Origin: an uncultured delta proteobacterium
Lineage (GTDB): Bacteria > Desulfobacterota > BSN033 > UBA1163
Length of the DNA: 64,000 nt
Assembly: GCA_963827685.1 (NCBI GenBank)
Contig: CAWHBU010000002.1
Location: forward strand, 512,001 to 576,000
Direction: 5' to 3'
Numbering within the stretch: the first letter of the stretch is position 1; each line of letters starts with the position of its first letter. Both the position numbers and the translations under genes were made by a program. Positions 22,043 to 32,107 of the stretch are shown here, one piece after another. A model generated the notes under the pieces. The model searched no databases. It was not told where the DNA came from and was given only the letters and a program-made list of their open reading frames with translations.

Positions 22043-22794
22043 GCTATCCCACCTAAATAAACCTTCTGGACCTCTTCGTTCGCCCTCACCTCTAAGGGCT
22101 TCCCGTCGGCAATCAGAGTCCCCTGATGAAGGACGGAGATTCTTTTAGCGATCCCGAATACCACACTCATATCGTGTTCAGTGAAAAGAATGGTCAACCC
22201 TCGCTCCTCAACCAACTTTTTGATAAAAATCATGGTGGTCTCTGTCTCATCAGGGGACATGCCACACGTAGGTTCATCCAGAAGCAAGAGTTCCGGCTCG
22301 GTTCCCAGGGTAATGGCCAGTTCCAGTCGCTTCTTATCACCATGGGAAATTGAATCTCCTGATCTCTTTGCTTGATCTGCCAACCCCACATCTTCTAATA
22401 TGCGCCAGACCTCTTCCCTAAAATGCTTTCTTGCAGGGGAGAAGAAGTGGAGCGTAATCCTTCGGTGAGATAATAAACTCATCAATACACTTTCATAAAC
22501 GCTGAGCTTAGGATAGATGCTGGTGATCTGAAAAGATCGGGTAATCCCGAGGTTACATCGATGATAGGCGGGCCAATTCGTAATCTCTTTCCCTTTGAAT
22601 AGGACTTTTCCAGAGGTTGCCCGATGATATCCAGTAATAAGATTAAAGTAGGTAGACTTCCCGGCCCCATTCGGACCGATGATGGCATGGACATCTCCCT
22701 TTTGGATTTCGAGAGTGACCTCATTCACCGCTCTGAGCTTACCGAACTCTTTTGCTATCCTTTGAGTTTGAAGAAACATATTATCAAACCTCAA
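22039..22794 (-). CDS. Liv-type ABC ATPase (LivG-like)
   Basis: GPNGAGKST, ISHGDKK, DEPTCGM. Confidence 0.93.
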   Translation of the reverse strand: MRFDNMFLQTQRIAKEFGKLRAVNEVTLEIQKGDVHAIIGPNGAGKSTYFNLITGYHRATSGKVLFKGKEITNWPAYHRCNLGITRSFQITSIYPKLSVYESVLMSLLSHRRITLHFFSPARKHFREEVWRILEDVGLADQAKRSGDSISHGDKKRLELAITLGTEPELLLLDEPTCGMSPDETETTMIFIKKLVEERGLTILFTEHDMSVVFGIAKRISVLHQGTLIADGKPLEVRANEEVQKVYLGGIA

Positions 22795-22819
22795 ATCCGA
22801 ACTGAGGAATTAAGGAATT

Positions 22820-23809
22820 CTAAATTCCTTTTTCGATTCCCGAATTCGTAATTTCTAAATCTCTTCTCTCTTTAAGCTTCTCCCCGGCAAAACCGAGCAT
22901 CCCACCGGGCAGGAAGAAAATAATGATAAGAATAAGAACTCCCATGATAGCCGCCCAAAAAACGGTGAAGCCAAGAACCCAAGCGTGAAAGAATGTCATG
23001 ACGAACATTCCCAAAATGGGTCCAAAGAAAAGTGATGGTCCTCCCAGAATTGCCGCCATGACCGGCTCACCAGACTTGATCCAAAACAATGAGGAGGGCG
23101 CCATGGAACGATAAAAAGGTGCCCACAACGCGCCGGCCAGTCCAGCGTAGGCTGCCGCGATAACAAACGCAATCAATTGATATCTGGAGATATTGATCCC
23201 CAAAAATTCTGTCCTTTCGGAATTCTCACGCATTGACTTAAGAGTGTAACCGAAAGGTGAATTAACAATTCGCCAGAGGATGAAGGCAGCAAAGACAAAG
23301 ACGGCGAGAATGAAAAAATAGTAGTTGATGGGCGACTTGAGTGGATCGGGCGGAAAGACACCCTGGATACCGTCATCCCCCCCGGTGAAATCATGCCACT
23401 TATAGATGACAAAATAGATTAGCTGACCAAAGGCAAGCGTCAAGATCGAGAAGTAGATTCCTCTCAAACGGACACAAAAAAATCCAATAATGAGGCCAAG
23501 GATGCTTGCCATAAGAATTCCGGCTGGGAGGCTGAGCCAGAAATTTAAATGGGCTTTTGTTATAAGCATGGCTACGGTGTAACCTGAGAGTCCATAAAAA
23601 GCAGCTTGACCGAAAGAGAGTTGCCCCATATACCCGAAAAGGAGATTGAAGCTCAGAGCGAGAAGGCTCATAATGAGAGCCTCACCCAATATGGCGAGGT
23701 AGAACTCGCTGATGATAAAAGGGGCTAGGATGGCCACGACGATCAGTAGTGCTAACCACCACTGCCTCCTTGTCAATGAACTTTCTTGCTCAGTATGGTT
23801 TACTCCCAT
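22820..23809 (-). CDS. Liv-type ABC permease (LivM-like)
   Basis: GYMGQLSFGQ, TGGDDG, MRENSER. Confidence 0.92.
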   Translation of the reverse strand: MGVNHTEQESSLTRRQWWLALLIVVAILAPFIISEFYLAILGEALIMSLLALSFNLLFGYMGQLSFGQAAFYGLSGYTVAMLITKAHLNFWLSLPAGILMASILGLIIGFFCVRLRGIYFSILTLAFGQLIYFVIYKWHDFTGGDDGIQGVFPPDPLKSPINYYFFILAVFVFAAFILWRIVNSPFGYTLKSMRENSERTEFLGINISRYQLIAFVIAAAYAGLAGALWAPFYRSMAPSSLFWIKSGEPVMAAILGGPSLFFGPILGMFVMTFFHAWVLGFTVFWAAIMGVLILIIIFFLPGGMLGFAGEKLKERRDLEITNSGIEKGI

Positions 23810-23811
23810 TT

Positions 23812-24693
23812 TTATCTTTCCGGTTTTCCAAAAATTCCCCAGGGACGAATGATGAGGACAATGGCCATGACAATGAATATAAAGGCCAAAGCCAATTCTG
23901 GTTTAAACATGATTCCAAAGGAATAGACCTCTCCGACAATAAAAGACCCCAGGAGTGTCCCGGGAAGGCTTCCCATACCACCGATGACGACGACGGCGAA
24001 ACACTCAATAATAATATCAATATCCATACCTAGACGGATTGCTCCGTAGGGGGCTGAAACGCCACCGCTCAATCCAGCGATCAGGGACCCCAATACAAAT
24101 ATCCATGTGAAGAGCCATGGAATGGGTATTCCTAAAGCCGCCACCATCTCTCGGTCACTTGCAGCTGCCCTGATGATATCACCGAGACGTGTCCGATAGA
24201 CCAACCACCATAGGAAGACGACGAGGGCTAAACCTACCAAAATAACGAAAAAATTATAAGAAGGAAATGGAAATCCAAAAAGGGAAACAGCTCCTGTGAA
24301 GGGCTTGGGCCTGGGGATCGAGAGAAATTCTCCGCCCCAACCCCATTTGACAATGTCGGTAATAATTAAGATGATAGCGTAAGTAGATAAAAGTTGCTCA
24401 GGCCACCCCCTGGAATAGAGGCGTCTTAGCAGGAAAACCTCAATAATAATACCTACCCCTGCCATAATCAGCGAAGCGAGGATCGTTGCGACATAGAAGC
24501 CGACGACCGGGATGAGCAGGTGTTTCCAAATGGAATAAGTGATGAAGGCTCCAAGCATATAGAGGGAGCCATGAGCAAAATTGAGGACCCTCAGGACACC
24601 GAAGGTGAGGGAAAGGCCCGAGGCGACCAGAAAGAGTAAGGCGCCTCGGGCAATTCCACTCAAGAACTGGTTGAAAAGGACGTCAAAAGACAT
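23812..24693 (-). CDS. Liv-type ABC permease (LivH-like)
   Basis: GLSLTFG..LNFAHG; likely start MSFDVLF (the upstream extension lies in a repeat). Confidence 0.9.
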   Translation of the reverse strand: MSFDVLFNQFLSGIARGALLFLVASGLSLTFGVLRVLNFAHGSLYMLGAFITYSIWKHLLIPVVGFYVATILASLIMAGVGIIIEVFLLRRLYSRGWPEQLLSTYAIILIITDIVKWGWGGEFLSIPRPKPFTGAVSLFGFPFPSYNFFVILVGLALVVFLWWLVYRTRLGDIIRAAASDREMVAALGIPIPWLFTWIFVLGSLIAGLSGGVSAPYGAIRLGMDIDIIIECFAVVVIGGMGSLPGTLLGSFIVGEVYSFGIMFKPELALAFIFIVMAIVLIIRPWGIFGKPER

Positions 24694-24699
24694 AGGTTT

Positions 24700-24870
24700 T
24701 AAAAATTTCAAATCACAAATCTTAAATCCCAAACAAATCCCAAATTTCAATTCCTAATTACCCAAACCATTACTTTGTTTAGAATTTGGTTCATTGGAAC
24801 TTATTTGTTATTTGGCCTGCCTGCGCGAAGCCGCTCCGGCGAAGGCAGGTGCTTGTGATTTGGCGCTTAT
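24700..24870. repeat. Heptamer-built intergenic palindrome with a 34-bp CCTGC...GCAGG insert (24816-24849)
   Basis: aaatcccaaacaaatcccaaatttc...ttggttcattggaacttatttg...tgcttgtgatttgg; uninterrupted sibling at 57600-57745. Confidence 0.75.
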
Positions 24871-24871
24871 A

Positions 24872-26137
24872 TTATCTGACCACCCCTGTTTTTTTCCAGA
24901 TTTCTCGTACACTGGCCTCAGGCCGAATGACTTGCTCTCCAGGGATTCGAGAGATGTCCTTCCAGATTTTGAATCCGGGATAATTGGGATCTTTGGCAAT
25001 GGTTCCTTGATAACATGGTACCGTTCCCATATGGTCTAAAGCCCGAATGGTGAACTTTCCCCTCAAGCTATCAAAGGTTATTCCCTCCATAGCTTTAATG
25101 ACAGCTTCGGTCTCTGCGGTCTTAGCCTTTTCGATTGCTGCCTTGATGAGATAAATGGAATCATAAGCCATGACAGACCATGAGTCAGGATATGCACCAC
25201 GGGTTTTTCTAAACTTTCCGGCAAACTCCATCATCTTTGGATTGGGGTCCATGAAGAAGCATCCCCTTCCAAAACCAAACGTTCCTTCAGGCGCATCCTC
25301 TCCCAAGGCTAATAGAACAGGAAGGTCAAACAGTGCAATCGTTGGGAACTTTTCAAAAAAGCCATAGGGTTTGGCCTGCTTGGTAAAGGCCACTAAGTCT
25401 CCACCGAAAAGGGAACCATGGACTGCATCGGGTTTTTTGGCCATCATAGCAGTAATAAATGAGGTGAAGTCAGTTTCACCGGGCTTTGGCCAAGCCTGAT
25501 AGAGAATTTCAGCATCCGGTACCAACCTTTTGATCTCTTCTGCAAAGGCAGCTTCTTCACGACGGCCGAACTCATAATCCGGGCCGATGGTGCAGAACTT
25601 CTTTGCCGTAGGGACCTTTTTCATGAGGTAACGTGTGTTCGCAGTGGCCTCCATGTAGGTATTGGGGACAACCTGGAAGATATAAGGAGTGAATTTGTCA
25701 ACGGTCATCGCTTCCGTGTTGGCTATTCCCACTACCCTCATTACTTTATACTCGGAGTGTACCACCAGCATCGCGAGAGAGACACCACTGCTGCATGGCC
25801 CCATGAGGAAATTTACTTTCTCTCTGAGGATTAAATCCTTTGTTTCCCTCGCACCAACATCAACCTTAGCTTCTGTATCCCGAACGATCAAATCGAGTTT
25901 CCTGCCAAGGATGCCGCCTTTGGCATTGATTTCTTCCATAGCGATCCTGATGCCGTTGATAGCGGATTCGGAATACATATAACAAGGGCCGGCAAAGTCG
26001 TAGATGGCTCCTATCTTAATAGCTTCCTTGGAAGGTGCTCCCTTCGCTGGAGCGGGTTTGGCCTGGGCCATTACCATCGGGACTGAAACGATGCTGAAGA
26101 GAAAAAACAAAACCGTCAACGTTGTGAACTTTTTCAT
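24872..26137 (-). CDS. Liv-type periplasmic substrate-binding protein
   Basis: Signal peptide, IKIGAI, EEINAKGGILGRK, PDYEFG. Confidence 0.92.
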   Translation of the reverse strand: MKKFTTLTVLFFLFSIVSVPMVMAQAKPAPAKGAPSKEAIKIGAIYDFAGPCYMYSESAINGIRIAMEEINAKGGILGRKLDLIVRDTEAKVDVGARETKDLILREKVNFLMGPCSSGVSLAMLVVHSEYKVMRVVGIANTEAMTVDKFTPYIFQVVPNTYMEATANTRYLMKKVPTAKKFCTIGPDYEFGRREEAAFAEEIKRLVPDAEILYQAWPKPGETDFTSFITAMMAKKPDAVHGSLFGGDLVAFTKQAKPYGFFEKFPTIALFDLPVLLALGEDAPEGTFGFGRGCFFMDPNPKMMEFAGKFRKTRGAYPDSWSVMAYDSIYLIKAAIEKAKTAETEAVIKAMEGITFDSLRGKFTIRALDHMGTVPCYQGTIAKDPNYPGFKIWKDISRIPGEQVIRPEASVREIWKKTGVVR

Positions 26138-26326
26138 GCTCCTCCTCCTTTCGCAGAAAAATTTTTATAAAAGATTATACTCCCCTCCCTTTTTACAGGG
26201 TTCAAATCTAATGAGAAGAAAAAGATCGCAACAGCAATTCACCCATAAATCTCAGGATGGAATGAGACAATCTACGCAATCATTGATGTTATGAATTGCC
26301 TCTCACTAATTTGTAAGATTATTAAT

Positions 26327-26343
26327 AGCAAGAACAAGGCCAA
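26327..26343 (-). promoter_or_regulatory. Sigma-54 (-24/-12) promoter
   Basis: Minus strand TTGGCCTTGTTCTTGCT, upstream of the transporter operon and next to a bEBP gene. Confidence 0.75.
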
Positions 26344-26425
26344 AGCGAGTTATCGGCTGAGTGGATATAACCGTTTGAATTTAAAATGGTTTTAATTTGA
26401 TCCGGATTTTCATAACAAGGAGGTA

Positions 26426-26531
26426 TGTAGAAAAAAGTCTACACTTATTATTACATTCATGAATTTTCCATTTAAATATAACTAATTACCCTGAAAGTAG
26501 AAACAATTCTACATGTAGAAATAAATCTACA
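26426..26531. promoter_or_regulatory. Three TGTAG-N8-CTACA enhancer boxes (26426-26443, 26496-26513, 26514-26531)
   Basis: tgtagaaaaaagtctaca, agtagaaacaattctaca, tgtagaaataaatctaca, ~85-190 bp upstream of the sigma-54 site. Confidence 0.8.
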
Positions 26532-26533
26532 GT

Positions 26534-27928
26534 TTAAGACGTTGGAATAGGAATATTTAGCCTTTTCATTTTCTTGTAGAGGGCCGTACGATGTATCCCC
26601 AAGAGTTTCGCGGCCTTGTTCTTATTATCTTTGGAGACACGGATGGCATGAAGAAGAGCTTCTTTCTCCGTATTCTCTCTGAGATGCTTCAGCAAAGTGG
26701 GCTGCAGTTTTGTTGACGCTGTACTCATGCCCTGCAAGAAGATCGGTAGATGTTTCACTTGAATGGCATCCCCGTCGATGGAATAGAGGACTCGTTCTAA
26801 AATGTTGGCTAATTCACGAACGTTGCCCGGCCAATCGTAGTTCTCGAAGATGTTTAACACCTCCGGGAAAATCGTTGCTACATTTGTTCCCAAATCTTTG
26901 TTAAGTGTCCGGATAAGGTGATCGGCAATGATTGGAATATCTTCTCTTCGTTCTCTTAAAGGAGGGATCTGGATTGGAATCACATTCAATCGATAGTATA
27001 AGTCCTTCCTGAATCTCCCCTCTTCAACACATTTCTCCAAGTCTTCTTGGGTGGCAGCGATCAGACGAAAATCACATTTGGTTAAGCGGGTCCCCCCCAA
27101 TCTCTCCATCTCCTTTTCTTCCAAAACCCGAAGGAGTTTTGGTTGCATTTCTAAGGGGAGATCACTGATCTCATCCAAGAAGATGGAACCTCGATGGGCC
27201 AGTTCAAACTTCCCGGGTTTACCCTTGTGTCCTGCTCCCGTAAAGGCCCCCGGTTCGTAACCGAAGAGTTCTGCTTCTAAGAGGTCTTTGGGAATGGCAG
27301 CACAATTCAATCTAATGAAGGGGTGCGGCCGCCGTTCACTGGCGTAATGGATGGCGTGGGCAAAGAGTTCTTTCCCTGTACCGCTTTCTCCTATCAATAG
27401 AACGGGTGCATTGGTTTTGGCAGCCTTAAGGGCGGATGTCTTCAGCTCGGCAATACGTTCGCTTTTTCCAACAATATTATTGATCGTGTATTTCGATGAT
27501 CGCAAACTTTCTAATTCCTTTTCATAGAATTCCACCTTCGATTCCAAAAGGTTGAGTTTTCTTGCCAAGGCGTGGACATCCCTGACATCCTTAAACATTA
27601 CCTGGCCGTAGACCGCTATTAAATTTCCATTGATGTAGATTGGGATACGCTGAACCACCATATCCTGCCCCATGATCCGATGAGGTTGGTCGATTTCTGG
27701 GATTCCGGTCTTGGCAACAATGTCCATGCGTGTATTTTCAATCACTTCGGTGCAATGTTTTCCGATGGTTTCTTTTGGATCGATCCCTAAGAAATTACCG
27801 TAGGTTTTACTAAAAAAAATTATTTTCCCGTCTGGGTCGGTAATCATCACTCCATTATAAATATTGTCGAGAATCGTCTCGTAAAAACATATTTTTTCTT
27901 GGAGTTCATTCACATCATTTTGTGCCAT
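26534..27928 (-). CDS. Sigma-54 enhancer-binding protein (PAS-AAA+-HTH)
   Basis: GESGTGKE, GAFTGA, FLDEI, WPGNVREL, Fis-type HTH. Confidence 0.95.
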   Translation of the reverse strand: MAQNDVNELQEKICFYETILDNIYNGVMITDPDGKIIFFSKTYGNFLGIDPKETIGKHCTEVIENTRMDIVAKTGIPEIDQPHRIMGQDMVVQRIPIYINGNLIAVYGQVMFKDVRDVHALARKLNLLESKVEFYEKELESLRSSKYTINNIVGKSERIAELKTSALKAAKTNAPVLLIGESGTGKELFAHAIHYASERRPHPFIRLNCAAIPKDLLEAELFGYEPGAFTGAGHKGKPGKFELAHRGSIFLDEISDLPLEMQPKLLRVLEEKEMERLGGTRLTKCDFRLIAATQEDLEKCVEEGRFRKDLYYRLNVIPIQIPPLRERREDIPIIADHLIRTLNKDLGTNVATIFPEVLNIFENYDWPGNVRELANILERVLYSIDGDAIQVKHLPIFLQGMSTASTKLQPTLLKHLRENTEKEALLHAIRVSKDNKNKAAKLLGIHRTALYKKMKRLNIPIPTS

Positions 27929-28048
27929 GGATATTCTCCTTATTAGACCCTCCCCCCTCCTGTTTCCCTATGACAGAGAAGAGGATAAATGTGACAATAA
28001 TCTACCACAGAAAAAAAGGAATGTGAAGGGCGAAAGGTACATTTTCTA

Positions 28049-28954
28049 TCAAAATCTCTCCTCTTCATAAAGAGGGATAACTCTGAGAGAGCTGAGTTGA
28101 ATCGTTTTTACTCTTTGAATATCTCTGAGAGGAGTGGAGACCTTCACCACCTTTTTTTCTTCGAAGAAGTTTTTCATTATTCCCAAAGCCAGAGTCTCAT
28201 CATTACTATCCTTCAATCCTACCAGAAGACCACTGATCCGTAGTGACCAATCCAGAGGGATGGCCTCTCCACTAGGGTCAAGGACTTCTCCTTCTATCTG
28301 GACTTCTTCGATTGTAAATTCCTGGATCACAGAATCCTTAAAATAATCTCGAAATTTATTCGCCCTATTCACTCTCCGCTCTTCCATAGATCTCGGGCTA
28401 ACCTGTTCGGATAAGGGGAGACGATAGATTTTGCAAAGAGGGTTCCCCTCATACAGTTCTAAGATAGGCTCTATTTCATTAGATTTTTGTAAGGCAAAGA
28501 TAAAACGCGGGGAGAGGAGATCGATTTTTCTTCTTTTTAATTCTTTTCCTGCTTCACCTGAAACGAATCCAGTTGTGTCAACCAAGATCAATTCTGTGCC
28601 ATAAGAGATTGCTTTGTCCACCATCCTTTTTATCCCTTTTAGATGGAGAGGAAAATGCCCTTCGGGTGTGGTGGAGCCGACGAAGAAGATTTCCGGTGGC
28701 GATAGTACCACTTCCCAATCTGGATCCGATTTGAATACAGAAAGACCAATCGTGGTTGGGGGGCCAAGAGAGGATTGGCCGATGTCTGCGTCAACCAGGG
28801 CAACCTTTAATCCTTGTTGACAAAGGTTTAAGACTAAAAATTTTGCAAGAGTGCTCTTTCCCGTATCGGTTGCTCCAAGCAGAATTACGATTCCTTTTTC
28901 TTCCTTCAAAACATCCAAAAGCGCAAACCACTCTTTCGGTGCTATAATTTCCAT
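28049..28954 (-). CDS. Clp1/Nol9-like polynucleotide 5'-kinase
   Basis: GATDTGKST Walker A, DADIGQ, DTTG, RSMEERR lid. Confidence 0.85.
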   Translation of the reverse strand: MEIIAPKEWFALLDVLKEEKGIVILLGATDTGKSTLAKFLVLNLCQQGLKVALVDADIGQSSLGPPTTIGLSVFKSDPDWEVVLSPPEIFFVGSTTPEGHFPLHLKGIKRMVDKAISYGTELILVDTTGFVSGEAGKELKRRKIDLLSPRFIFALQKSNEIEPILELYEGNPLCKIYRLPLSEQVSPRSMEERRVNRANKFRDYFKDSVIQEFTIEEVQIEGEVLDPSGEAIPLDWSLRISGLLVGLKDSNDETLALGIMKNFFEEKKVVKVSTPLRDIQRVKTIQLSSLRVIPLYEEERF

Positions 28955-29381
28955 AAGGTTGGTGGCATCCTAAATGTTGTTATCGTATTGGGACGGAGAA
29001 GGGAAGTCAAGGGGGAATGCTGCTGAGAAACATTCACTTCCCTAATTTTCGAAATGGGTGTATATTAGTCATATTTCACGATTGATAACCCTGATCCTAA
29101 GGACAAGATAAATTGTTTCAAATATTTTATTGCTCCAGTATGATATTGTTTAGATAATACCTTTCATAAATCCCTCCCCACCGTCCGGCGCCGGAGTCCC
29201 AATGCCTCGCTTGCGTGAGTAATGAGGCTCTGGACGGCGGCGCCTCCCTTCACGAATGGGAGGAGTAACCCCCCCTTTGAAAAGGGGGATTGAGGGGGAT
29301 TTTCGTTGTTCGAGGGTGACGCACCCGTCATGCCCCATTGCCTTGAAAGGCATAGAAGAGATGAATTGGGGGTAGTGATTA

Positions 29382-29435
29382 GGGTCAAGTTTTGCTTTTT
29401 GATATTTCATAAACATCAAGATTGAAAACCTGACC
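29382..29435. repeat. GGGTCAAG...TGACC palindromic motif; siblings at 30512-30546 and 29070-29097
   Basis: gggtcaagt(t/c)ttgct(t/c)tttgatatttca shared by two copies; atatttcacgattga shared by two copies. Confidence 0.65.
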
Positions 29436-29514
29436 TTCTGATTTTCACTTGTTCTTGGCAAAAGGAGTATCTCGTCGAAATGAGGGTAATCTCACTTCGT
29501 GTAAGAAATAGACG

Positions 29515-30021
29515 ATGAAAAGACGAATTATAGAAATCGTTTTAGCGTTTATAATCGGAGCATTTACCTGTTGCGTGTTTTTTTCGATAATCGGAATTGT
29601 TGCGGTTTATGTTGAAATACCTTTACTAAAATTAATAAAATGGTATCGTTTATGGCCAAAAGACTATCGTATTTATAGTGCTTTCGTCGATAGTATTGTA
29701 TTTCAGTTATTTTCACAGATTCCCTTGACGGCTTTTTCAGGTACAGCTTTAGGCCTGATCATTACCAAAGGTCCAAAAAAACATGGAATGATAGCCGCCC
29801 TTGGAGCTATTTCTTTCTATATTTATTTACATCTTGAGTTTATTTTTAGGCTCAATAGGCTTACTGACGGTGATTTTGGCTCGATACAGCAAATGTTATC
29901 TTCATTCACAATATTCGACATTCAGTATGTGGTTTTTTGGGTTGTGCTTTTTATTCCGTTCACCAGTATTGGATATCGGTTAAAGAGCAAAAGAGGGTAT
30001 TCTCAGAGTCCCTATAAATGA
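29515..30021 (+). CDS. Hypothetical membrane protein (AT-rich)
   Basis: ORF with ~4 hydrophobic segments. Confidence 0.7.
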   Translation: MKRRIIEIVLAFIIGAFTCCVFFSIIGIVAVYVEIPLLKLIKWYRLWPKDYRIYSAFVDSIVFQLFSQIPLTAFSGTALGLIITKGPKKHGMIAALGAISFYIYLHLEFIFRLNRLTDGDFGSIQQMLSSFTIFDIQYVVFWVVLFIPFTSIGYRLKSKRGYSQSPYK

Positions 30022-30464
30022 TATTTATGAAGGAATCTAGAACAAAAACTAACTGTTTAATGAAAACAGTTGATAAGAGCTTCAATAAAGGAACTCGCCT
30101 GTTCGTAACACCGATTATTATTTGGGTTGCCTATTATGGTTTCTTGCTTATCAAGGCCAGTGCGTTCACAGAACTATGGATAGAGTCATTATTGATAGGA
30201 GTAGCTCCTTATCTTTTTCTGTGGATTATTTCCTTTCGTTTACCTGACAAGGCTAAATTATGCAAGGTGGCTAGCCTTATAATCTTTTTCTTAACGGTGC
30301 TGACATGTATTATCAAATATTTTCAATCTCGAGATGCAGAAGAAGCGATAAAGATGTTCCTCGTACCATTTTTTCAGGCCGTAGTTATCTGGTGTTTGGG
30401 GCTGATTACATTAATCGGAATAACGGCAATGTATGTAAAAAGAAATAGCTTATCAGGAAAGTAA
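30018..30464 (+). CDS. Hypothetical membrane protein (AT-rich)
   Basis: ORF with ~4 hydrophobic segments; start uncertain. Confidence 0.65.
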   Translation: MIFMKESRTKTNCLMKTVDKSFNKGTRLFVTPIIIWVAYYGFLLIKASAFTELWIESLLIGVAPYLFLWIISFRLPDKAKLCKVASLIIFFLTVLTCIIKYFQSRDAEEAIKMFLVPFFQAVVIWCLGLITLIGITAMYVKRNSLSGK

Positions 30465-30606
30465 AGGGGAGTAGAAAAAGGGGATTGTTCTATTTTAGGA
30501 TTTGGCAACTAGGGTCAAGTCTTGCTCTTTGATATTTCACGATTGAGGTATACTAGGGAGGGATACGACTCAGGTCCGCGTTAAATTAAGATAAGGAGAA
30601 AATCAA

Positions 30607-30969
30607 ATGAAGAAGATAGTTTTCTGTTTAGTTGTCTTTGCATTCATGGTATGCTGGCCCCTGGCAGGCGCGAATGCCGAACTTTCCAATACAGATATAG
30701 AATTTCTGAAGCAGTGCGGAGTTCAACAGACTGACATAGATATTATTCCGAAGCTTGACAAAGAAACTCAAGCTGAAATGTATGCATGGATCGCCGCAAG
30801 GGATTGTAGTAAATTGGAGCCTTTCAAAGCCTCCAGAAACCAATTGCGGGCAACCAGACCAAACACTCGTCCTCCAGCCGCTCCAGAAGGTTTTAGTCTC
30901 GATTACTTTACGGATGCTGAGTTTAAATATTACTTGGAGCTTCTTAGGATTCCACCTTCTTTTAAGTAA
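30607..30969 (+). CDS. Hypothetical secreted protein
   Basis: AAGGAG RBS; signal peptide ending ANA. Confidence 0.75.
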   Translation: MKKIVFCLVVFAFMVCWPLAGANAELSNTDIEFLKQCGVQQTDIDIIPKLDKETQAEMYAWIAARDCSKLEPFKASRNQLRATRPNTRPPAAPEGFSLDYFTDAEFKYYLELLRIPPSFK

Positions 30970-31229
30970 TAATGTGTTGAGAAAAAGTAGAGGAGGTAAA
31001 ATGAGATGAGAAAGTTGATTACAGTTTTGGTGTTGTCGGCTGTGTTGAAATAATATATGTGCAATTAGTCAGGAACTCCTAATGTCCCAGGTCGTTCAAC
31101 AGGAAGCCCTCACCAGGTTGCTTGTGGAGAAAGGGATATTCACCAAGGAGGAGTTTTGGGAGATGGTGAGGGTGGTAAATGAAGATGAAGAAGAAAAAGA
31201 AAGGAAAATAATAGAAGGAGGTTATTTCT

Positions 31230-31649
31230 ATGAAGTCTATATTATTAACTGTTTTGTTGGCTGGAGTGGTTTTGTTGATAGCTTCTTCTTGTGCTACGGT
31301 CCCAAGGGAGCCTCTTGCTTCAGGCGAGGTAAGATTATTAAGTATAGATGCTCTAGGAAGTGGTATCCAAGCGAATGTATCCTTTGCGGTTAATATTTTT
31401 TTTGAGGCAGCCGGTAAGCCAGAGATTAAAAAAGCCTGTTTCTATGAGCCAGGGGAGGAGCCATACTGTTTTGATGTATCGGATGCATCGTATTTAACCT
31501 TAGGAACGAAGAGAGCGTTCCAAGTGTACCTTCCTGGTGTTAACGTCGGTTCACATAGGGTGGAATGCTATGCTGAGTATATTCGAGACGGAGAGACAAG
31601 AAAGACTAATGTGGTATTTACCCAAATCTTAGCTGGCACCTATTCATAG
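31230..31649 (+). CDS. Hypothetical lipoprotein
   Basis: AGGAGG RBS; lipobox IASSC. Confidence 0.75.
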   Translation: MKSILLTVLLAGVVLLIASSCATVPREPLASGEVRLLSIDALGSGIQANVSFAVNIFFEAAGKPEIKKACFYEPGEEPYCFDVSDASYLTLGTKRAFQVYLPGVNVGSHRVECYAEYIRDGETRKTNVVFTQILAGTYS

Positions 31650-31659
31650 TCAAGGATTT

Positions 31660-31784
31660 TATGCCGGAAAAGAATGGTTAAAAGTTTCAACGGAAATAAA
31701 TTAGCTGTTTCTATTGCATTTTCTCGACTGCGGGAGGACGGGGTAGTCAATATCAAGAATAGGGTGGGAACCTTTGTCGTCTGA
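31660..31784 (+). pseudogene. Possible GntR winged-HTH remnant
   Basis: AVSIAFSRLREDG/(frameshift)VVNIKNRVGTFV resembles the GntR recognition helix and wing. Confidence 0.4.
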
Positions 31785-32107
31785 CAAGACTGTAGAATTC
31801 TGGTCTGGCTCGCTTTCTTCCTGTTATCAACGACCGGAGATTTTTTAAAAGTATACTTGATTTCAATTGCTAATTATCAGTGAGCCTTTTTCCTGACATA
31901 CATCCTCCTTCTGCACGTTTTCTAACGAGTCTGTAGAAATGGTCCTTTTTCATAAAAGAACGTTCGTGAGACTTGCTTTGCCCTTCTGTGCCATGGGACT
32001 AATATTTCTTGTAATTCAAAAGCCGCTTCGGAGAAAGAAGCTTCAAAAAGGGGGAGTATTTGGACTCGCATTGGGAGGTGTGGATAAGGGAATGATCGAA
32101 GTCTATC

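Noticed and set aside
29150-29461. ORFs made of repeat sequence (also 8576-8807, 12014-12280, 24786-25039, 46474-46695, 54679-54879, 62965-63150)
   Set aside because: Translations of palindromic repeats (e.g. PACRQAG, SPFSKGG); no RBS or domain support.
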